Positions 39,592-48,518 of a stretch of 64,000 bases of DNA are shown piece by piece. How positions within the stretch are numbered: the stretch's first letter is position 1; each line of letters starts with the position of its first letter. The notes under the pieces are model-generated. The model ran no database searches and had not been told where the DNA came from. It saw only the letters and a list, made by a program, of their open reading frames with translations. Origin of the DNA: Myxococcota bacterium. GTDB taxonomy: Bacteria; Myxococcota_A; UBA796; UBA2385. The stretch is taken from assembly GCA_044344255.1 (NCBI GenBank), contig JBIJDH010000001.1, positions 160,001 to 224,000 on the forward strand. Direction: 5' to 3'. The position numbers and the translations under genes were made by a program.

Positions 39592-40941
39592 TCAGCCGGG
39601 CCGGCCACGCGGTGCCATTGGCGGCCCTCTCGCTTCTGCCTCCGCCGTGTGCTGGAGAAAGGAGGCGGACTCCTCGAGCCCACGGAGGAGGGTGCTCTCC
39701 GCTCGGGGATCCCCGGCGAGCAACAGAAGTCGGCCCTCGAGGGCCGTGAGGATGGCGGCCCGGTTGGGGCAGGCCCAATCCTGGGCGTGCTGGGGCAGCG
39801 CGCTCCGCACGATGGCCGCCGCCTCGAGGTAAGCGCCCTGTCGAGCCAGGTGGCGGGTGGCGGTGTTCCGGAGCTGCTTGATCGCATAGTAGCGGATCCC
39901 GCCGGGCTCCCGATCGAGCTCCGCGGCGCGCGACTGCACGATAGCCGGGACCTCGGCGGGCGAGGCATGTCCGATCTCTTCCGCTGTGGCGTCGATCCAG
40001 GGGCGATGCGCCGGGTCGTCCGCGCCCAAGCGAGACAAGCTCCCGATCGCGCGCGGCCCCGCAAAGCCCGCCGTGTCGATGAGGCTATCTCCTGTACAGA
40101 GCACCCCGAGCTCTGTCGCGAGGGGCGGCCCTGGCGGGCGTGGGGGCAGCAGCCGGGACGGCGCAAGAGGGTCGGGCACGGCGCCTCCGGCGAGCGCCTC
40201 CGCCGCAGCGGCGATGCCCAAGGCCTCCCGGCGAACCTCGTCCGCCGTCCAGTAGTCCCACGGCTCGGTTGGCACGAAAGGATCGGCGCTGTCGGCATAC
40301 GCCTGCACCAGCGCGACCCGCAAACGATGCCGAGACTCGAAGTCCTCAAAGGCGTCCGGGTCAAGGCCTGATGGAGCCTGGACCCGCCGAGCGTCCGCGG
40401 CGAGGGCCATGGCCTCCACCCCCACCGCGGCGCCCGCACGGGCTCGTAGGACCAGCTCCACCCAGCGGGCGCGCAGGGAGGAGACCGGCCCCTCCGCGAT
40501 CGGCACGGTGCCCCCCTGACCCAGCGCCTGGCACCAGGTCGCGCCGTTCTCTGCGGCGGCGACGAGGGCGGCCTCGATGGGGGGGCCCACCGAGCCGCTC
40601 AATCGCAGCGCACGGAGGGACCCGACGGAGCGAGAGTAACGCTCGGCGCAGGCGGTCCAGTCTCCGCGCATCGCCGCAGCGCGCGCGAGATCACGGCCGA
40701 GCGCCGCCTCGTGTCCAAGCACCCGCATGCGCACATCGTCCCAGCTCGCCTCACCGTAGCCGTGGGGGTTGTCCTGTAGACCGTGGAGCGTCGCCCAGTG
40801 GGGATCGTCCTCTGGGATGACAAGGCTCTGGCCGCCCGGGCGGGGCGGGACCGCCGCGCCGGAGGGGGAGCCTGATTGTTTCGCGCCATCCAGGGTGCAG
40901 GAGAGGAGGCCGACGAGGAGGAGGGTGGAGAGGCCGACCAT
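39592..40941 (-). CDS. Hypothetical alpha-helical lipoprotein
   Basis: LLSC lipobox; 449-aa ORF divergent from the sulfatase-like gene. Confidence 0.65.
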   Translation of the reverse strand: MVGLSTLLLVGLLSCTLDGAKQSGSPSGAAVPPRPGGQSLVIPEDDPHWATLHGLQDNPHGYGEASWDDVRMRVLGHEAALGRDLARAAAMRGDWTACAERYSRSVGSLRALRLSGSVGPPIEAALVAAAENGATWCQALGQGGTVPIAEGPVSSLRARWVELVLRARAGAAVGVEAMALAADARRVQAPSGLDPDAFEDFESRHRLRVALVQAYADSADPFVPTEPWDYWTADEVRREALGIAAAAEALAGGAVPDPLAPSRLLPPRPPGPPLATELGVLCTGDSLIDTAGFAGPRAIGSLSRLGADDPAHRPWIDATAEEIGHASPAEVPAIVQSRAAELDREPGGIRYYAIKQLRNTATRHLARQGAYLEAAAIVRSALPQHAQDWACPNRAAILTALEGRLLLLAGDPRAESTLLRGLEESASFLQHTAEAEARGPPMAPRGRPG

Positions 40942-40987
40942 GCGCCGAGGCTACCACTCCCCAGCCCGCTGTGGTAGCCTCCATTTT

Positions 40988-42406
40988 ATGTTGTCCCTCG
41001 TCACCCTGCTGGCCTGTCAGGCCCCCGACCTCGACCCGCCATCCACCGCCCCCGCCCGCCCTGACATCCGCGCCGCGCCAACCCCGCCGGAGCCGCTGGC
41101 GGCACCGGAGCCAGCAGACCCTTCCACCTTCACCATGCAGGGCCAGGGCGGCCCGAACATCCTCTGGATCACCCTGGACACCGTGTCCGCCGGGCACCTC
41201 GCGGCCTATGGCGGGCGGGTGCCCCTGCGCAGCATCGAGGGGCTGGGCGCGGTTCAGGTGAAGACCGCCATCTCCAACTTTCCCGAGACGGCCCTCTCCC
41301 ACTGGTCGATGCTCACCGGCGTGCTGCCGGAGGTGCATGGAAATGTGCCGGGTGTGGGACAATCGCGGTACTCCGGCCCCACATTTCAGGAGCTCGCGCG
41401 TGTCCGCGGTTACGCCACCGGCGCCTTCATTGGCGGACTGACCCTGCGAGACCAGCAGACTGGCCTCTCGCGTGGCTTCGACCACTATGACGACGACCTC
41501 GCTCCCGGACAGTCGCTCCGCCCTGGCCCCGACACCGTAGCCGCGGCGCGACGCTGGCTACACGAACAGCGGCAGCCTTGGTTTGCATTTGTCCACCTAT
41601 TTGATGCACATCTGCCGTACTCTCCCTCTGAGCCCGGACGATTCGACCCAAGCTACCTTGGATCTGTTGACGGAACGGAGGCCAGCCTCGCGCAGTGGAG
41701 GGACAGCCTCGGAGCGCCTCCGCCTCGGGAGCTCGAACATGCGATCGCGCTCTACGACTCCGAGATCGTAGACGCGGACGCCGCCCTCGCCCCGCTCTTC
41801 TCCGAGCTTGGCCCCAACGACATCGTCATCGTCACCGCGGATCACGGTGAGTCCTTCGCCCATGGTTATTATTTCAACCACCGGGCGGTCCTGTACGAGG
41901 ACACCCTCCACGTGCCGCTCTTCATTCGCGCCCCCGGACTGGCGCCTGCAGCGGTGGAAGGCCTGTTCGCGCTCATTGACCTCGCTCCGACCGTCGCTGA
42001 GCTGGCAGGCTGGGAGGTCCAAGCCCCTTGGATGGGGCAGAGCCGGGTCGGCCTCCTGCGTGGTCAGGGTGGGGGAGCGCCGGAGGTCTGGTCTCGGACC
42101 GACCCTTGGCTCCCGCTCATCTCGGGCGAGCCCGGCACGCGCCTCTCCCGCCGGACGGCCACCGATAAGCTGATCATCGAGGCCGATGGCAGCGCCTGCC
42201 GCTTTGACCTCGTGGAGGACCCTCGGGAGCTCAACGGGCGATGCTCTTTGGATGCCGTCGCCGAGAGCGAAGCCTACCTCGCGCTCATCAAGGAGATGGC
42301 AAAGTTTCAGCGTGAGCTCCCCGAGCGAATGGGGCCGAACCCCCAAGGAGAGATGCTGCGGCAGCTCGGCTACGTGGACCACCACACAGAGCGCGCGAAA
42401 AACTGA
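40988..42406 (+). CDS. Sulfatase-like (alkaline phosphatase superfamily) lipoprotein
   Basis: LLAC; PNILWITLDT, ETALSHWSMLTG, FVHLFDAHLPY, YDSEI..D, TADHGE, HVPL, DP.E, LRQLGY. Confidence 0.9.
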   Translation: MLSLVTLLACQAPDLDPPSTAPARPDIRAAPTPPEPLAAPEPADPSTFTMQGQGGPNILWITLDTVSAGHLAAYGGRVPLRSIEGLGAVQVKTAISNFPETALSHWSMLTGVLPEVHGNVPGVGQSRYSGPTFQELARVRGYATGAFIGGLTLRDQQTGLSRGFDHYDDDLAPGQSLRPGPDTVAAARRWLHEQRQPWFAFVHLFDAHLPYSPSEPGRFDPSYLGSVDGTEASLAQWRDSLGAPPPRELEHAIALYDSEIVDADAALAPLFSELGPNDIVIVTADHGESFAHGYYFNHRAVLYEDTLHVPLFIRAPGLAPAAVEGLFALIDLAPTVAELAGWEVQAPWMGQSRVGLLRGQGGGAPEVWSRTDPWLPLISGEPGTRLSRRTATDKLIIEADGSACRFDLVEDPRELNGRCSLDAVAESEAYLALIKEMAKFQRELPERMGPNPQGEMLRQLGYVDHHTERAKN

Positions 42407-42552
42407 ATTCGCCGCATGGTGAACTCAGAATTTTTAACTCAATGGATAGGGTCACACCAGGCGCTGATCGCCCGGAGCGGGTCACGGTGCTGCCTCGGCC
42501 TGCGCTTCGCCGGATGGGGCTCTGGTAGACTACCCGCCGAAAGCCGGAGACC

Positions 42553-42912
42553 GTGGTGGGCATCAAGGACCTCTTCTCTTCCTGGTCGCGGAGACCCAAC
42601 CCGGAGCCGGTGGCTCCAGCCCCCGACGCCGTAGCAGATGTTGCCGCAGGTTCCGACATCCTTGGCCTGCTCACCGAGCGCGTGGTGGTGCTCTCGGGCG
42701 GCCGCCTTCGTGCGGCAGAGCTCGATCCCCGGGCCCGCCTCCTCGACCGGGGGTGGCTGGACTCCATCACCCTGGTCCAGCTCCTTGTGTTTGTGGAAGA
42801 ACGTTGGGCGGTTCGGGTGCCGGAGGCGCGGGTGGCAGGGCGACTCGGTACGCTATCTGCCCTGGCGGAACACATCGCCTCAAACCGCCCCCAGGAGCAC
42901 CCGAATGGTTGA
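42553..42912 (+). CDS. Acyl carrier protein
   Basis: LLDRGWLDSITLVQLLVFVEERWAV with the phosphopantetheine Ser in LDS. Confidence 0.85.
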   Translation: MVGIKDLFSSWSRRPNPEPVAPAPDAVADVAAGSDILGLLTERVVVLSGGRLRAAELDPRARLLDRGWLDSITLVQLLVFVEERWAVRVPEARVAGRLGTLSALAEHIASNRPQEHPNG

Positions 42913-43969
42913 TCAACAAGGCGGTACGTTGATGGAGTGGGCGCCCCACCTGCGTCGGTTGGGGATGAGAGATCTGGCACCGGGGCGGATCTCGGAGGTG
43001 GAGCTCTGGAAGCACCTCGGAGATCGGCAGTGGCAGCGCATCGCAGACCATATCGGCCAGGACCCTGCCGAGCTCGTCTCCGAGGACGGCGAGCGCCTCT
43101 ATGCCACCTTTGCCACGGTCGAGCTGCGCTTCCCGCCTGCCTGTCCCCTCCATGCCTTTGGAGAGGGGGTGTGGATGGGCGAGCGGCACAGCGTCCGGGC
43201 GTATGCCCGCCGCTTCATCGAGGGGCTCGTGCTCATGGGCCGAGGGGCGGTCCCCGAGCTGCCAGCGGCGGGGATCACGAGCCGGGCCGACCTCGAGGCC
43301 CTGGAGCAGCCCTGGGCGGTGCTCACCAACACCTTCGTGGCCCGTCCGGGCGGGAACAGCCGCCTCGTGGTGCGGGAGCCCGTCGGAATGGAGTCCTGGA
43401 CAGGCCCGATACTCGGCGCGCTGCCGCCGGACCTCGCCCATCAGCAGCTGGTCGCCGGTGAGGGGCCGATCGAGCCCCCACCCGCCCGGGCCATCCCGCT
43501 CGGCAAGCCCTTCACCGAGCGGGCGCCAGTGGAGCCCGACACCGATTTGAACGGCGCGGGTCTGCTCTATTTTGCACGGTATATCGGTATCTTCGACCGC
43601 TCCATGCGCATCTTCCTCTCCGAGGGTCTGTCACGGCCGGTCTCGGCCAACCTCCTCGACTGCCTGCTCACCCGTCGGCGGCGGGTGTACTTCTACGCGA
43701 ACGCAGAGCCCACCGACACCCTCCGCGTGGTGGGTCGGGTCTGGCTCAGCCCCCCCTCGGCTCCCCGCCGCAGCTTCGGGCGCGAGGAGCGGTTCACCCT
43801 CCATGGCCAGCTTGACCTCTATCGCGAGGCGGATCGGGTCTGGATGGCCACCACCGTCGTGGACAAGGTGCTGGCCATCCCCGAGGCCGACCGCTCCCTC
43901 CGTTTGGAGGCCGACCGGCTCCTGAGAGAGTCCGGTGTAACGCAGGTTCCCACGGGTTTTGGCCCTTGA
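42905..43969 (+). CDS. LnmK-like / Pnap_2097-type double-hotdog acyltransferase-decarboxylase
   Basis: LGM..L..ISEVELWKHLGDRQW, DGERLYATF, DLNGAGLLYFARY, RRVYFYANA; overlaps the ACP stop. Confidence 0.75.
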   Translation: MVDQQGGTLMEWAPHLRRLGMRDLAPGRISEVELWKHLGDRQWQRIADHIGQDPAELVSEDGERLYATFATVELRFPPACPLHAFGEGVWMGERHSVRAYARRFIEGLVLMGRGAVPELPAAGITSRADLEALEQPWAVLTNTFVARPGGNSRLVVREPVGMESWTGPILGALPPDLAHQQLVAGEGPIEPPPARAIPLGKPFTERAPVEPDTDLNGAGLLYFARYIGIFDRSMRIFLSEGLSRPVSANLLDCLLTRRRRVYFYANAEPTDTLRVVGRVWLSPPSAPRRSFGREERFTLHGQLDLYREADRVWMATTVVDKVLAIPEADRSLRLEADRLLRESGVTQVPTGFGP

Positions 43970-44967
43970 TAAACGCGGAGTCATGGCTGGCTCCCGGCCG
44001 CTCCGCCCGGGGGTCCCTCCTGCTCCTGCTGCTCGCCCTGTTGGCCGCCCTGCTGCCCCGTGTCCCCATGCGGGAGCCCTACGACCCCGTCTGGCGGGAC
44101 CGCGTCGCCGCTGCGGAGCCCGAGATCGTCATCCTCGGAAATTGCCTCGTGTCCTGGTTTGAACCCGATGTGCTGGGGCAGCGGCTCGACACCCGGGCCG
44201 CCTTTCCCCTGAGCGTGGGAGGCTCCTATGCCGATGAGTGGTATGCCCTGCTCTCTCACGCGGTGCTCCAGGGAGAGGCCCCTCCCTCTCTCGTGATCCT
44301 CCCCTTTGTGGGCGAGGAGTTCAGCGAGTCTGAGGCGGCGACCGATCTCTGGGCGCGCCGTCGGGTGGCGCGATGGATTCCCGCGGAGGCCCCGGCAGAC
44401 CCGCGGTGGGAGGCGGTGGAGGCGGGTCGGGAGGGCGCTCTGTCCCGCTGGATCGGCCAGCTCTCCCTCCTGCTCTTTCGCCCGACCCTCTGGCGAATGG
44501 AGGGCATGATGGTGCCGCGCCGCTTCGGCAGCGCGCTCGCGAGCCCCGGGACGCTGTTCTCGTCGGGACGATCGTCGGGTCCTGGTGCCGAGAGCCTCGT
44601 CGAGGAGCGTCTCGCCGCCGCGCATTTTCGGAGGGACCTGCGCCTGATGATGCCGCAGGCCGCAGACGAGGACCTCCCCGGCGCGGAGCGGGTCTCCCGT
44701 TCAGCCCTCCCCGCCCTGGCGGCGCTCGTCCACGAGCGGGGATCTCGCCTCCTCCTCATCCGGTTCCCCTCCGAGTCCGGTGATTCCCGCAACGCGGATG
44801 CTGCTTTCGCCGAGGCGGCGCTTCAATGGTCGGCGGAGCAGGGCATCTTCAGCCTGGATGCCACGGCGGACCCTGTCCTCTCCCCTCTCCTTCAATCGGA
44901 CCCCCTCTCCGGGCGTCGGGCCTTCAGCGAGCGGGTGGCAGAGCGGCTTCGGGGCCGCCCCCGATGA
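43966..44967 (+). CDS. Membrane-anchored SGNH-like (DltD/AlgJ-position) protein, atypical active site
   Basis: TM, then IVILGNC, SVGGS; lies between the LnmK-like gene and the MBOAT with overlapping stop/start. Confidence 0.55.
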   Translation: MINAESWLAPGRSARGSLLLLLLALLAALLPRVPMREPYDPVWRDRVAAAEPEIVILGNCLVSWFEPDVLGQRLDTRAAFPLSVGGSYADEWYALLSHAVLQGEAPPSLVILPFVGEEFSESEAATDLWARRRVARWIPAEAPADPRWEAVEAGREGALSRWIGQLSLLLFRPTLWRMEGMMVPRRFGSALASPGTLFSSGRSSGPGAESLVEERLAAAHFRRDLRLMMPQAADEDLPGAERVSRSALPALAALVHERGSRLLLIRFPSESGDSRNADAAFAEAALQWSAEQGIFSLDATADPVLSPLLQSDPLSGRRAFSERVAERLRGRPR

Positions 44968-46337
44968 GCGTCCAGAGCGCTGCGTTTGCCGGCGCCTTCA
45001 CCCTGCTGCTGCTGATTCACGCCAGTCTGCCCCCACGGTGGCAGCGCGGCCTCCTCCTCCTCTCGAGCCTTGGCTTTATCGCCAGCGGGGGCTGGCCGGG
45101 GCTCGTCCTTCTGCTGCTCGTCATCTTCTGCTGCTGGCTCGGCGGGCTGCTCATCGAGGCTCAGCCCCAGCGCCCAGGCCTGGTCTTTGGGCTCAGCGCC
45201 GGCCTTGTCCTGGCGCCGCTGCTGCTCGCCCGCCTGCCAGGCGCCCTCGGGGAGGTTGTGACGGCGGGCCTCCCGGCCCCCATCGGGCTCTCCTTCTTTA
45301 CGCTTCAGGCCTTCGCCTACCTGCAGGACATCCGACGGGGTGACCTCCAGGCTCGTCGGAGCCTCCTCGATGTCGCCCTGCTCATCTCCTTCTTCCCCAA
45401 GCTCGCCTCGGGACCGCTCGAGAGGCCGGCCGATCTCTTGGAGCAGCTCGACCAGCCGCGCCCCCGCCTCCCCGCCCACCTCGAAGCTGCCCTCCTGCTC
45501 CTCCTCTGGGGCTTCTTCAAGAAGCTCGTGCTGGCTGACAACCTGGCCCCCATCGCGGACAAGGTCTATGCGCTTCGTGATCCCACCTTTCCGCTGATGC
45601 TCGGGGGCTCCACCGCCTATCTATTACAGGTATATGCCGATTTTTCGGGATGGACCGACATTGCTCGTGGGCTCGCCCTCCTGCTGGGCATCCGCCTCAG
45701 CGAGAACTTCCGGGCCCCCTACCTCTCCACCTCGCTCACCGAATTCTGGCGTCGCTGGCATATGAGCTTCATGAGCTTCCTGCGCGACCGGGTCTACCTG
45801 CCCCTGGCCGGCTCCCGACCGACAGCCTCCCGCGCTGCCATCTCGCTGGTCGCGACCTTCCTGCTGAGCGGCCTCTGGCATGGGGCCTCCCTCAACTACC
45901 TACTCTGGGGGCTCTACAACGGGCTCATCGTCGCGATGGAGCGGGGGTGGTCCCGGTACCCGAAACCCGCCTGGGCGGCCGGGAAGATCTGGACCGTCGT
46001 AAGGGTGTTATGGACCTTGTTCCTCGTCGATGTCGGCTTCGTGATCTTTCGGGAGACCGGCGGCCTGCCCTGGATCGGCTGGGAGCTCAGCAGTTGGACG
46101 AAGGCGGCCCCCCCCGCCGACTGGTTGTTAGGCCGCTACCTCCTCGCCCTCTGCCTGCTCTACGGCGCCCCCCTGCTCGGCTGGGACCTCTTCCGCGCCC
46201 TCATCGAGCGGGATGGAGCCCTCCCGCCCTGGACGGGGCGATTCGTGCCGCGCCTGCTGGTAGCGGCCCTGCTCCTGGTGGCCTGTCTCACCTTCGCCGC
46301 AGATCGCCCGGCCTCTTTTGTGTATGCAACCTTTTGA
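44964..46337 (+). CDS. MBOAT-family O-acyltransferase (AlgI/DltB-like)
   Basis: PIGLSFFTLQ, FFP.L.SGP.ER, GFFKKLVLADNL, YADFSG, ENF.APY, FWRRWH.S, SGLWHGAS; C-terminal FVYATF. Confidence 0.95.
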   Translation: MSVQSAAFAGAFTLLLLIHASLPPRWQRGLLLLSSLGFIASGGWPGLVLLLLVIFCCWLGGLLIEAQPQRPGLVFGLSAGLVLAPLLLARLPGALGEVVTAGLPAPIGLSFFTLQAFAYLQDIRRGDLQARRSLLDVALLISFFPKLASGPLERPADLLEQLDQPRPRLPAHLEAALLLLLWGFFKKLVLADNLAPIADKVYALRDPTFPLMLGGSTAYLLQVYADFSGWTDIARGLALLLGIRLSENFRAPYLSTSLTEFWRRWHMSFMSFLRDRVYLPLAGSRPTASRAAISLVATFLLSGLWHGASLNYLLWGLYNGLIVAMERGWSRYPKPAWAAGKIWTVVRVLWTLFLVDVGFVIFRETGGLPWIGWELSSWTKAAPPADWLLGRYLLALCLLYGAPLLGWDLFRALIERDGALPPWTGRFVPRLLVAALLLVACLTFAADRPASFVYATF

Positions 46338-46433
46338 CCGTCCCCAGGGCGACGACGCCGGAGCACTTCGACAACCTGCCCGCCTCCCGGGGTGGGCAAG
46401 AATGCGGTAGGCTCCGCCCCCCAAGGATGCCCG

Positions 46434-47813
46434 ATGCTGCCGCTTCCCGTGCCATCTACCCTGCTCATCTTGCCCCTGCTCGCCTCGCTCCTCGCCTGCT
46501 CGGGAGGGTCCGCCCCAACTGGGTCCTCCCCGGGGTCTGGCCCCCCATCGGGAGGGCCGCCACCCGGCGCTCTACCCGGACCTCGGCCTCCGGGCGGACC
46601 GTCGGGGGCCCCTCCGCCCCCGCCGAATGGGCCTGTCGGTCAGTCGGGGGCGGCGATGCAGGACCCCTCGGGCTTCCCCGTCTTTCACGAGTGGCCCGCG
46701 CCCCAGGGACCGTCGATTGAGGCGCAGGGCGAGTGGACAGCGGCGATCAAGCTCTCGGAGACGGCGGGCGGCGGCTACCGCCCCCAGGTCGGCATCTCCG
46801 CCACCGACCTGCTGCACGCCATTTATTATGAGCGCACAAGCGAGGGCGATATCATCCGTCACCGCAGCTCAACCGATGGCCTGCGTTGGACGCCGCCCTC
46901 CCCCCTTGGACTGGACAAGGACCGCAACTGGGGCCCGGATATCGTCGTGCGCCCCGATGCCACGGTGGTGGTCGTCTTCGATCATGCGAAGCCCGACTTC
47001 TCCAGCCGCGGCTTCCTCACCCTCCTGAAAGACGGTGTATGGACCACCCCCGAGCCGCTCACCCCCGACGACGGCGGAGAGATCGGCAGCGGTCACGTCG
47101 CGAATGGGCCGGGGGAGGAGCTCGTTTATGTCTTCATCGGCAAGAAGATGAGCCCCGAGTATCACTTCGCTGCGCATTGGCGCTGGTATCGGGACGGCGC
47201 ATGGAGCGATATTCAGGACTTCTCCGATGGGAGCGCGGATGCCTGGCATACCAATGTCGAGCGCCGACCCGATGGCTCCGTGCTGGCCGGCTGGGATGTT
47301 GGGACAGGCGGAGCCGAGACCACGCTCTATGTCGCCGACGGGCGGGACGGAAAATTTGGCCCCGCCGATAACATCACCGCGACCAGCCACCCGGGCGAAC
47401 GGGTTCACTTTGCCTTCGGAAAAGACGGCGTCGACCATCTCACCTGGTTTCATAAGGAGCAGGGGAAACCCACCCATATCTACACGCGCTCCGGCCACCC
47501 CGGGGCCTGGGGAGAGACCGCCGAGCCCTCCAAGGGGTATGGGGGGTATCATTTTGACCCCGAGATCGAGGTGAACAAGGACGGCATCCTCTGCCTGGTC
47601 TGGGGATGGGACAACGGCAGCGCCGCCGAGATGGTCTATAGCCTCAACCGAGGTTCGGGCTGGGAGCCTCCGAAGCGTATCGCCAACATCGGTTGGGGCA
47701 AGCCTGGACTCGCCTCGCTGGTGGCGGACAGCCAGGGTGGCTTCCATGTGATCTGGAACCAGGGCATTCGTGGCAAGAACGATGTCTATGTCTCTTCCCT
47801 GGTGGTCCATTGA
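46434..47813 (+). CDS. Lipoprotein with Pro/Gly linker and BNR/sialidase-like beta-propeller
   Basis: LLAC; repeated blades (STDGLRW, H..W, SLNRGSGW). Confidence 0.7.
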   Translation: MLPLPVPSTLLILPLLASLLACSGGSAPTGSSPGSGPPSGGPPPGALPGPRPPGGPSGAPPPPPNGPVGQSGAAMQDPSGFPVFHEWPAPQGPSIEAQGEWTAAIKLSETAGGGYRPQVGISATDLLHAIYYERTSEGDIIRHRSSTDGLRWTPPSPLGLDKDRNWGPDIVVRPDATVVVVFDHAKPDFSSRGFLTLLKDGVWTTPEPLTPDDGGEIGSGHVANGPGEELVYVFIGKKMSPEYHFAAHWRWYRDGAWSDIQDFSDGSADAWHTNVERRPDGSVLAGWDVGTGGAETTLYVADGRDGKFGPADNITATSHPGERVHFAFGKDGVDHLTWFHKEQGKPTHIYTRSGHPGAWGETAEPSKGYGGYHFDPEIEVNKDGILCLVWGWDNGSAAEMVYSLNRGSGWEPPKRIANIGWGKPGLASLVADSQGGFHVIWNQGIRGKNDVYVSSLVVH

Positions 47814-48037
47814 CCAAGAGAGGCGGAGGTCCGAAGGCGCTGCCTGAATCCACCTTGGCCACCCGGGAATTGCAGCTCGACTCGCACGAGATCCGACCTG
47901 CGGGGTCCCACGAGCACTCGGAGCGCCCCCGCGCCCGAGCAGAAGACCCCGGTCTTCAACGCCGGTCACCCCGGCTACTCCTCCCCAGTCCGACCTCTGG
48001 CTCCAGCACCTCCTACCGCAGGTCCGGCCCCAGCCCC

Positions 48038-48484
48038 TCAGTCCACCGGGGCCCCCTTCAGCCCCAGTCGGGCGACGAGCCCCTGCACGGTGCGCCGCAG
48101 GGCCGCGCGCTCCTCCTCGCCGAGGTAGCCGAAGACCTCGGCGTCGTTACGGTCCGCCTCGGCCGCGAGCGTGGGGACGAGGCTCCGCCCAGGGTCCGTG
48201 AGAGCGACCCGCAGCGCCCGGCCATCCGAGGGGTCGCCCCGGACCGCGACGAGCCCCTTGGCCGCGAGGCGGTCGAGCAGCTTGGACACCGCCCCTCGGG
48301 TCAGCCCCAGCCGCTGCGCGAGCTGGCTGGGCATGATCCCCTCGTCCCCGTAGAGCGCCCTCAAGACGACCCACTCGGCCACGGTGACGTCGTGGGGATC
48401 GAGCCGCTCCCGAAAGGACTGCGAGACGTGGTTCGACACCAGGCGGAGCCAGTAGCCGAGGTGGTCTTCGAGCCCGCTGACCAT
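48038..48484 (-). CDS. MarR-family transcriptional regulator
   Basis: LGYWLR, VTVAEWVVLRAL, LTRGAVSKLLDRL..KGLV, DGR..V.LT. Confidence 0.92.
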   Translation of the reverse strand: MVSGLEDHLGYWLRLVSNHVSQSFRERLDPHDVTVAEWVVLRALYGDEGIMPSQLAQRLGLTRGAVSKLLDRLAAKGLVAVRGDPSDGRALRVALTDPGRSLVPTLAAEADRNDAEVFGYLGEEERAALRRTVQGLVARLGLKGAPVD

Positions 48485-48518
48485 CACAGGGCCAGCACTG
48501 GACGTGGAATTTGGTATA

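Noticed and set aside
42397..42450. AT-rich patch with weak hairpin before the ACP operon
   Set aside because: Could be a terminator or a promoter, but the stem is imperfect and there is no clear consensus
42553..43969. Polyketide or leinamycin-like biosynthetic cluster
   Set aside because: No ketosynthase, HMG-CoA-synthase-like or NRPS genes; context is MBOAT/SGNH/GT-C envelope genes
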